A stretch of DNA of 15,929 nt from Candidatus Methylomirabilia bacterium. Lineage in GTDB: Bacteria; Methylomirabilota; Methylomirabilia; Rokubacteriales; CSP1-6. The translations under genes were made by a program, and so were the position numbers. Under the pieces are notes generated by a model. The model was not told the DNA's origin and searched no databases. It saw nothing but the letters and a program-made list of their open reading frames with translations. The stretch is taken from contig JBGQEL010000094.1 of NCBI GenBank assembly GCA_041496385.1, positions 1 through 15,929 on the forward strand, in the 5' to 3' direction. Positions 7,109 through 12,870 of this stretch are shown here, in pieces (the first letter of the stretch is position 1; each line of letters opens with the position of its first letter).

Positions 7109-8218
7109 CTACCCGGCGCGATACCGGGAGACCATGCCCTCGTCGAGGATCACGCCGAAGCCCGGGTCCTGGGCCACGTCCATGACGCCGTCCTTGATCG
7201 CCGGGCGGTTCGTCCAGAGGGTCTGCCACACGGGATCGCGCTCCGGGTCGGCGAAGCACTCGACGTAGGTGCCGTGGGGCACCGCCGCGATCAGGTGCTG
7301 GGCGACCTGCGGCTCCTCGTGGTGCGCCATCTGCACGCCCGCCGCGCCGCACAGCGCCGCCGCCCGGCGCCAGTCGGTGACGCCGCCGCCCTCGGAGGCG
7401 TCGAAGTTGACGACGTCCACGGCGCCGGCGTCGACGAGGCGGCGCACGCCCTGGCTCGTGATCTCGCTCTGGCCGGCGGCGATCGGAATGCGCGTCGCCC
7501 GCCGCACGCGCGCCATCATCGCCGCGTCGTCGTGCCAGTGACACGGCTCCTCGAACCAGCGCAGGTCGAGCGGCTCGACGAGGCGCGCGAAGCGCACGGC
7601 GTCCTCGACGGGCCAGCCGCGGTTGGCGTCGGCCATCAGGATGAAATCGGGGCCGGCCGCGCGCCGCGCCGCGCCGATGCGCTCGGCGTCCGCCTCGGGC
7701 GTGCGTCCGCCGACCTTGAACTTGCAGCCGGCCATGCCGGCGAGCCGGTACGCCTCCATCTCGCGCCCGATGTCGGCGAGGGTCTTGCCGTCCATGTAGT
7801 AGCCGCCGATCGAGATGATCGGCAGCCGCCGCCGGTAGCCGCCGAGCAGCGCGCACACGCTCTTGCCCAGGGCCTTGCCGACCAGGTCCCAGAGCGCGCA
7901 GTCCACGCAGGCGATCGCCTCGAGCAGCGTCTTCCGGGCGCGGCTCGCGTGGGTCAGCGCGAACAGGGTCTCCCAGACGCGCTCGCCCTCGAAGATGCTC
8001 ATGCCACGAACGCGCGGGGCGAGGGTGTCCTTGATCAGGCGCGCGATCTCGGGGCCCTCCTCGCGGTTGTCGCCGTTGTAGATCTCGCTGACGAGACCCC
8101 CCTCGGTGCGCATGCGGGTGACGACGGTGCAGCGCTTGAGGACTCCGTACGTGCTGCCGCCGAAGTTCCGCGTGAGCGGGATCTCGATCGGGATCGCGTC
8201 GATGCTGTGGATCCGCAT
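7109..8218 (-). CDS. Mandelate racemase/muconate lactonizing enzyme family (enolase superfamily), 369 aa
   Basis: MRIHSIDAIPIEIP start, VDCALWDLVGK, KxK motif (CKFKVG), MADAN, WFEEP, NFD...HH dyad, and C-terminal PGFG. Confidence 0.92.
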   Translation of the reverse strand: MRIHSIDAIPIEIPLTRNFGGSTYGVLKRCTVVTRMRTEGGLVSEIYNGDNREEGPEIARLIKDTLAPRVRGMSIFEGERVWETLFALTHASRARKTLLEAIACVDCALWDLVGKALGKSVCALLGGYRRRLPIISIGGYYMDGKTLADIGREMEAYRLAGMAGCKFKVGGRTPEADAERIGAARRAAGPDFILMADANRGWPVEDAVRFARLVEPLDLRWFEEPCHWHDDAAMMARVRRATRIPIAAGQSEITSQGVRRLVDAGAVDVVNFDASEGGGVTDWRRAAALCGAAGVQMAHHEEPQVAQHLIAAVPHGTYVECFADPERDPVWQTLWTNRPAIKDGVMDVAQDPGFGVILDEGMVSRYRAG

Positions 8219-8226
8219 GCGGGCGA

Positions 8227-8235
8227 AGTGTAACA
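8227..8235 (-). promoter_or_regulatory. Extended -10 TG-T-TACACT 8 nt upstream of the racemase ATG
   Basis: Minus strand reads cTGtTACACTtcgcccgcATG, with no SD. Confidence 0.5.
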
Positions 8236-8272
8236 GCCCGCGCGGCTCACGATCCAGTCGGGCGCGCCTTCG

Positions 8273-8281
8273 TGTTAGGCT
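8273..8281 (+). promoter_or_regulatory. Extended -10 TG-T-TAGGCT upstream of the cupin-VOC pair
   Basis: tgttaggct at 8273-8281, followed by GAGGGGGG SD and ATG at 8315. Confidence 0.4.
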
Positions 8282-8314
8282 GTGGCGAGGCTGACACCGC
8301 TGAGGGGGGTCGCG

Positions 8315-8650
8315 ATGGGGTTGTTCCGGCTCTACACGGGGTCCGACGGGAAGTCGCGCATCGAGCCGATGGATCTGGCCCGGGCGCCGGAGTGGGGCAA
8401 GGGCCTGGCGACGACGCAGATCGCCTTCCGTGAGAACCCGGCCGGCTGGCAGCTCGACTGGCACCCGGCGCCGCGCCGCCAGTTCGTCATCATCGTTTCC
8501 GGCCAGCTCGAGATCGGCCTGGGCGACGGCAGCAAGCGCGTGTTCGGTCCCGGCGACGCCCGCCTGGTCGAGGACACGACGGGCCAGGGGCACACCACGC
8601 GCGTCCACGGCAACCAGCCCTGCCTGACGGCGACGATCCCGCTGGCGTAG
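8315..8650 (+). CDS. Small cupin-fold protein, 111 aa
   Basis: WHPAPRRQFVIIVSGQLEI...FGPGD...EDTTGQGH cupin pattern. GAGGGGGG SD before ATG 8315. Confidence 0.8.
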   Translation: MGLFRLYTGSDGKSRIEPMDLARAPEWGKGLATTQIAFRENPAGWQLDWHPAPRRQFVIIVSGQLEIGLGDGSKRVFGPGDARLVEDTTGQGHTTRVHGNQPCLTATIPLA

Positions 8651-8673
8651 CCATGACGGCCAAGGAGGACTCC

Positions 8674-9261
8674 ATGCCGAATCCGCAGCCACCGCGCGGC
8701 GTCAACCACCTGGTGCTCAACGTGCGGAACCTCGAGGTCTCGCACCGGTTCTGGACCGAGATCATGGGCTTCCGATGCGTCGCCGAGCTGAAGTCCACGC
8801 CGGGGCGCAAGCGCCCGAAGATGCGCTTCTACAGCGGCCTCGACCCGCACGGCGACGTCACGCACCACGACGTGGCGCTGGCCGAGGTCCCGGACGGCGG
8901 GACCGGCGCCGATCGCCAGGCGTGGGACCTGATGCCGTCGCGGGTCGGCCTGAACCACGTGGCGATCGCCTGGCCCGACCGCGAGTCGTGGCTCAAGCAG
9001 GTCGAGTTTCTCCGCGCGAAGGGCGTCACGTTCCATCGCCGCGTCAACCACGGCATGACCCACAGCGTCTACATCTCGGATCCCGACGGCCACGGCATCG
9101 AGGTGCTGTACGAGCTGCCGCGCGAGGTGTGGGAACAGGACATCGACGCCGCGCAGAACTACGCCGAGCAGCTGCCCACGGAAGGCGCCGAGTCGCTCGT
9201 CGACCGGACGGACAACCCGGTGTTCGGCGAGGCCAGCCGCGTGGGGACCGGCGGGGCCTGA
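8674..9261 (+). CDS. VOC/glyoxalase/extradiol-dioxygenase-like protein, 195 aa
   Basis: AAGGAGG SD before ATG 8674 (alternative start 8653). Motifs GVNHLVLNV, HHDVAL, GLNHVAI and NHGMTHSVYISDPDGHGIEV. Confidence 0.88.
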   Translation: MPNPQPPRGVNHLVLNVRNLEVSHRFWTEIMGFRCVAELKSTPGRKRPKMRFYSGLDPHGDVTHHDVALAEVPDGGTGADRQAWDLMPSRVGLNHVAIAWPDRESWLKQVEFLRAKGVTFHRRVNHGMTHSVYISDPDGHGIEVLYELPREVWEQDIDAAQNYAEQLPTEGAESLVDRTDNPVFGEASRVGTGGA

Positions 9262-9263
9262 GC

Positions 9264-10796
9264 CTAGCGATCGCCGAGGTCGAACGCCTCGGCGAAGCGC
9301 CGGTACGCCTCGAGCGGGTCGCCGTACTTGCGGTGCCCCGCGCTGTGTTTCGCGCTGGCTAAAAGAAGCCGGTCGCGGCCGTTCGCGCTCGTGTGCACGT
9401 AGTCCTCCAGGAGGCAGATCCCGAGCTCCTGGTTGTGCGGGTCGTTCCCCAGCTTGCACGCGGCGGTCGCCAGCGTCTGCACGAGCGGCGCGCGATCGAA
9501 GCCGCCCGCCAGGTAGGCCGCGGTCAGATCCACCCCCTCGTCGGCGCGCAGCGCCAGTAGCGTTCCCTCCAGGCGCTCGAGCAGCCGCTCCGCGGACAGG
9601 GACGCCGCGCCCGCCGGGGGCTTGATCGTCCGGCGGCCGTTGTCCGGCGTATTGGCCTGATGCTCGGACGCCCGATTGATGAACGAGGCCGCCACGAACA
9701 GGAGCTTCAGCCGGTGCGGGTGCTCGAACGTGTCGTAGAACCACCCGAGCGTGTTGCAGTACTCGTAGCCGTGCTGTGACATCGAGAAGTTGTTCGGGTC
9801 GCCCGTGTCGAGGATGACCTGGGCCGAGGCCACCTGGATCGCGTCGAGGATAGGGCGCGGCCCCCGGCCCGCCTTGAGCAGCGCCACGATCGCGCCGATC
9901 ACGGACCACTCGCGCTCGCGGAGGATCGCCTCCACCAGCATCGTCTCCTCGGCGGGCGTGAGCCCCGTGTCCTGTGAGAGCAGCTCCGCGTCCCGGCCGT
10001 CGAGCAGGTTCTGGACGACGTTGCAGCCCATCTCGTAGGTCGAGTACCAGCGCGGACCCACCGCGATGTCGGGCACGCCGGCGTAGAGCACGCTGTGCGC
10101 CGAGTCCCAGCCGAACGCCGTGCCCAGCTCGATCGTCGCGCGCGCGCGATAGGACTTGTGGCCGGTCGTGTAGGAGCGGTTGTGGAGCATGCGGTCCTGC
10201 ACGTCGATCAGCCCGGCGAACGCCAGGTGCGCCAGGACCTGACGCCGGTTCGGCGCGTCCTCCATCAGCCCGAGGAACACCCGGTACGAGGTCAGCACCT
10301 CGCCGCGCTGGACGAGCGTGAGCCAGTGGTTGAGCCGCTCGCGGAGGGTGCCCTCCGAGCGGAGCGGCTCCTGATCGGGCCAGTGCACCTCGGGTCTCGG
10401 CGGCTCCTGGTGCACCGCGATCTCGTAGAGGCGCGTGTAGTGTCCGGGCGCGCGGCCGAGGAGCTGGTTCCAGGGATCGAGGCCCGTCGGCATGTACCAG
10501 ACGGTCTGGGCCAGCGGCAGCAGGCGCAGCTCGGGCCGGACCATGGACATGAGCGGCAGGCCGACGCGCTCGCTCAGCAGGCAGTGATCGTTGTTCACGA
10601 ACTTCACGACGCCGTCGTCGAGTCGCTGGTGGTAGGGGACGTGCGTGTACGGCGCGTGGATCCGCACCGTCTCGCGCGTGATCTCGGTCGCGGGCCGGTC
10701 CTGCTTGAAGAGCCCGTACAGCACCTGCGTGGCGCCCAGCTGGTCGCGGGCGAGGATGCGCTCCTCGAGGCGGGCGTACTCGGTGGTGGGCGTCAT
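9264..10796 (-). CDS. Uncharacterised 510-aa helical protein with four internal His-containing repeats
   Basis: AAGGAG SD then ATG at 10796, 11 nt after the oxidase stop. Protein-like amino acid composition and GC3-rich codons. No named family motif confidently recognised. Confidence 0.85.
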   Translation of the reverse strand: MTPTTEYARLEERILARDQLGATQVLYGLFKQDRPATEITRETVRIHAPYTHVPYHQRLDDGVVKFVNNDHCLLSERVGLPLMSMVRPELRLLPLAQTVWYMPTGLDPWNQLLGRAPGHYTRLYEIAVHQEPPRPEVHWPDQEPLRSEGTLRERLNHWLTLVQRGEVLTSYRVFLGLMEDAPNRRQVLAHLAFAGLIDVQDRMLHNRSYTTGHKSYRARATIELGTAFGWDSAHSVLYAGVPDIAVGPRWYSTYEMGCNVVQNLLDGRDAELLSQDTGLTPAEETMLVEAILREREWSVIGAIVALLKAGRGPRPILDAIQVASAQVILDTGDPNNFSMSQHGYEYCNTLGWFYDTFEHPHRLKLLFVAASFINRASEHQANTPDNGRRTIKPPAGAASLSAERLLERLEGTLLALRADEGVDLTAAYLAGGFDRAPLVQTLATAACKLGNDPHNQELGICLLEDYVHTSANGRDRLLLASAKHSAGHRKYGDPLEAYRRFAEAFDLGDR

Positions 10797-10807
10797 GCGT
10801 GACTCCT

Positions 10808-11857
10808 TCAATCCACCCTGAGGATCAGGTCGGGCGTGAGGTCGGCGATCTTCGTCCGCCCGCAGAGACCCATGCTCGTGCGCAGCTCGTCGCGCAGGAT
10901 CTCGCAGACGCGCGCGACGCCGGCGGCGGCGTCGGCGGCCAGTCCCCACAGCATCGTGCGGCCGACCGCCACGACCCGGGCGCCGCGCGCCAGCGCCTTC
11001 AGGACGTCGGTCCCGCGGTTGAACCCGCCGTCCACCACGATCTCGGCGCGCCCGCCCACGGCGTCGACGATCGGCGGCAGCGCCTCGATGGTGGACTGCG
11101 TCTGGTCGAGCTGGCGGCCGCCGTGGTTGGAGACCCAGATGAGGCGCACGCCCATGTCCACCGCGCGTCGCGCGTCGGTCACGGTCATGATGCCCTTGAG
11201 GCCGACGGGCAGCTTCGTGGTCTTCATGAGCCACTCGACGTCGGCCCACGTCAGCCGCGACTGGAAGTCGGGCTCGGGCCCGCGCGGGTTCGGCGCGATC
11301 TCCATCGCCTTGCGCGGGCTGAAGCGGTGATAGATGTCGCGCTCGCGCCGGCTGTAGAGCTGGACGTCCACCGTGAGCGCGACCGACTTGTAGCCGGAGG
11401 ACTCCACCCGCGCCAGCAGCTCGCCCATCCAGCCGTGGTCGCCGTGGGCGTAGAGCTGGAACATCTGCGGGCCCGCGCCGGCCTTCGCGACGTCCTCCAC
11501 CGGCCAGCCGGAGGCGCCGGAGAGCCACTGGAGCGTCTGGCCGCGCCCGGCGCCGCGGGCCATCTCCACGTCGCCCTCGGGATGGAAGAGGACGAGGCCG
11601 CCCATCGGCGCGACGGCCACCGGCCACGCCAGCGGCACGCCCAGCAGGCTCGTGCGCAGGTCGATCTGGCGCACGTCCACGAGGACGTTCTGCGCGATCG
11701 CCAGGCGGTCGAGGTGCCGGCGGTTCCGGCGCTTGGTGGCCTCGGTCTCGGCGGCGCCGTCGCCGAAGTTCCAGTGATCCCGGGGCAGGGCCTCGTGGGC
11801 GGCGCGGCGGATCTCGGGGAGCGTGACGAAGCGCGGGGGTCCGGATGGCTGGGTCAT
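10808..11857 (-). CDS. FMN-dependent alpha-hydroxy-acid oxidase/dehydrogenase (glycolate oxidase/LldD/MdlB family), 349 aa
   Basis: VAPMG, MFQLY, LTVD, RRERD, GLKGI, SNHGGRQLD, DGGFNRGTDVLKALARGA and VGR. Confidence 0.93.
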   Translation of the reverse strand: MTQPSGPPRFVTLPEIRRAAHEALPRDHWNFGDGAAETEATKRRNRRHLDRLAIAQNVLVDVRQIDLRTSLLGVPLAWPVAVAPMGGLVLFHPEGDVEMARGAGRGQTLQWLSGASGWPVEDVAKAGAGPQMFQLYAHGDHGWMGELLARVESSGYKSVALTVDVQLYSRRERDIYHRFSPRKAMEIAPNPRGPEPDFQSRLTWADVEWLMKTTKLPVGLKGIMTVTDARRAVDMGVRLIWVSNHGGRQLDQTQSTIEALPPIVDAVGGRAEIVVDGGFNRGTDVLKALARGARVVAVGRTMLWGLAADAAAGVARVCEILRDELRTSMGLCGRTKIADLTPDLILRVD

Positions 11858-11884
11858 GGCCCCCGTAATATACTGCGGTCCACC
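11858..11884. promoter_or_regulatory. Bidirectional promoter candidate: overlapping -10 boxes TATACT (+, 11869-11874) and TATATT (-, 11867-11872)
   Basis: 27-bp spacer between divergent ATGs, with an AT island TAATATACT in a GC-rich background. Confidence 0.6.
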
Positions 11885-12868
11885 ATGAACATCACGGTCC
11901 TCGACGACTACCAGGATACGGTCCGGGCGCTCGGCTGCTTTCCCAAGGTGGCGGGCCACAACGTCACGATCTGGAACGATCACACCAAGGACGTCGACGA
12001 GCTGGCGCGACGGCTCAAGGACACGGAGGCGCTGACGCTCCTGCGCGAGCGCACGCCGATCCGCGCGCCGCTCCTCGAGCGCCTGGACAAGCTCAGGATC
12101 ATCAGCCAGGTCGGCGTCTACCCGCACATCGACGTCCCCGCCTGCACGCGGTGCGGCGTGCTCGTCTGCTCGCAGACGGGCCCGGGCCGGCCCTCCTACG
12201 CGACCGCCGAGCTCACCTGGGGCCTCGTCATCGCCGCGTTCCGCCGCATCCCACAGGAGATGGCCGCGCTCCGCGCCGGCAAGTGGCAGGCGCACTCGAT
12301 CGGCATCGGCCTGCGGGAAAAGACACTGGGTATCTGGGGCTACGGCAAGATCGGCGCGGTCGTGGCGGGCTACGGCCGGGCGTTCGGCATGAACGTGCTC
12401 GTCTGGGGGCGCGAGACGACGCTCGCCAAGGCGCGCGGCGACGGCTACACGGCCGCCGCGAGCAAGGAGGCGTTCCTCGAGGCGTCCGACGTGGTCTCGC
12501 TGCACGTGCGGCTGATCGACGCGACGCGCGGCATGGTCACGGCCACCGACCTCGCGCGCATGAAGCCGACCGCGGTGCTCGTCAACACGAGCCGCGCCGG
12601 GCTCGTCGCGCCGGGAGCGCTCGAGACCGCGCTGCGCGCGGGCCGGCCCGGCATGGCGGCCGTGGACGTGTACGAGGACGAGCCCGTGCTCGGCGCCAGG
12701 CATCCCCTGCTCGCGCTCGACAACGCGATCTGCGTCCCGCACCTGGGCTACGTCGAGCGCGACAGCCTCGAGCACATGTTCGGCGCGATCTTCGACCAGA
12801 TCCTCGCCTACGCGGGCGGCACGCCGATCAACGTCGTGAACCCCGAGGTGTCGAGCCGGCGGTCCTGA
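11885..12868 (+). CDS. D-isomer-specific 2-hydroxyacid dehydrogenase family protein, 327 aa
   Basis: MNITVLDDYQ, RERT, Rossmann GIWGYGKIG, and catalytic R/E/H in NTSRAG, DVYEDEP and PHLGY. Confidence 0.93.
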   Translation: MNITVLDDYQDTVRALGCFPKVAGHNVTIWNDHTKDVDELARRLKDTEALTLLRERTPIRAPLLERLDKLRIISQVGVYPHIDVPACTRCGVLVCSQTGPGRPSYATAELTWGLVIAAFRRIPQEMAALRAGKWQAHSIGIGLREKTLGIWGYGKIGAVVAGYGRAFGMNVLVWGRETTLAKARGDGYTAAASKEAFLEASDVVSLHVRLIDATRGMVTATDLARMKPTAVLVNTSRAGLVAPGALETALRAGRPGMAAVDVYEDEPVLGARHPLLALDNAICVPHLGYVERDSLEHMFGAIFDQILAYAGGTPINVVNPEVSSRRS

Positions 12869-12870
12869 GC

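Noticed and set aside
6852..7856. Apparent 938-aa AOR with a long N-terminus
   Set aside because: Off-frame overlap with moaD and the racemase; the canonical AOR N-terminus begins at 6851.
10797..12870. Long N-terminal extensions of track ORFs 9264..11627, 10799..12868, 10808..12775 and 12151..15222
   Set aside because: Stop-poor alternative or antisense frames in high-GC DNA that overlap well-supported genes.
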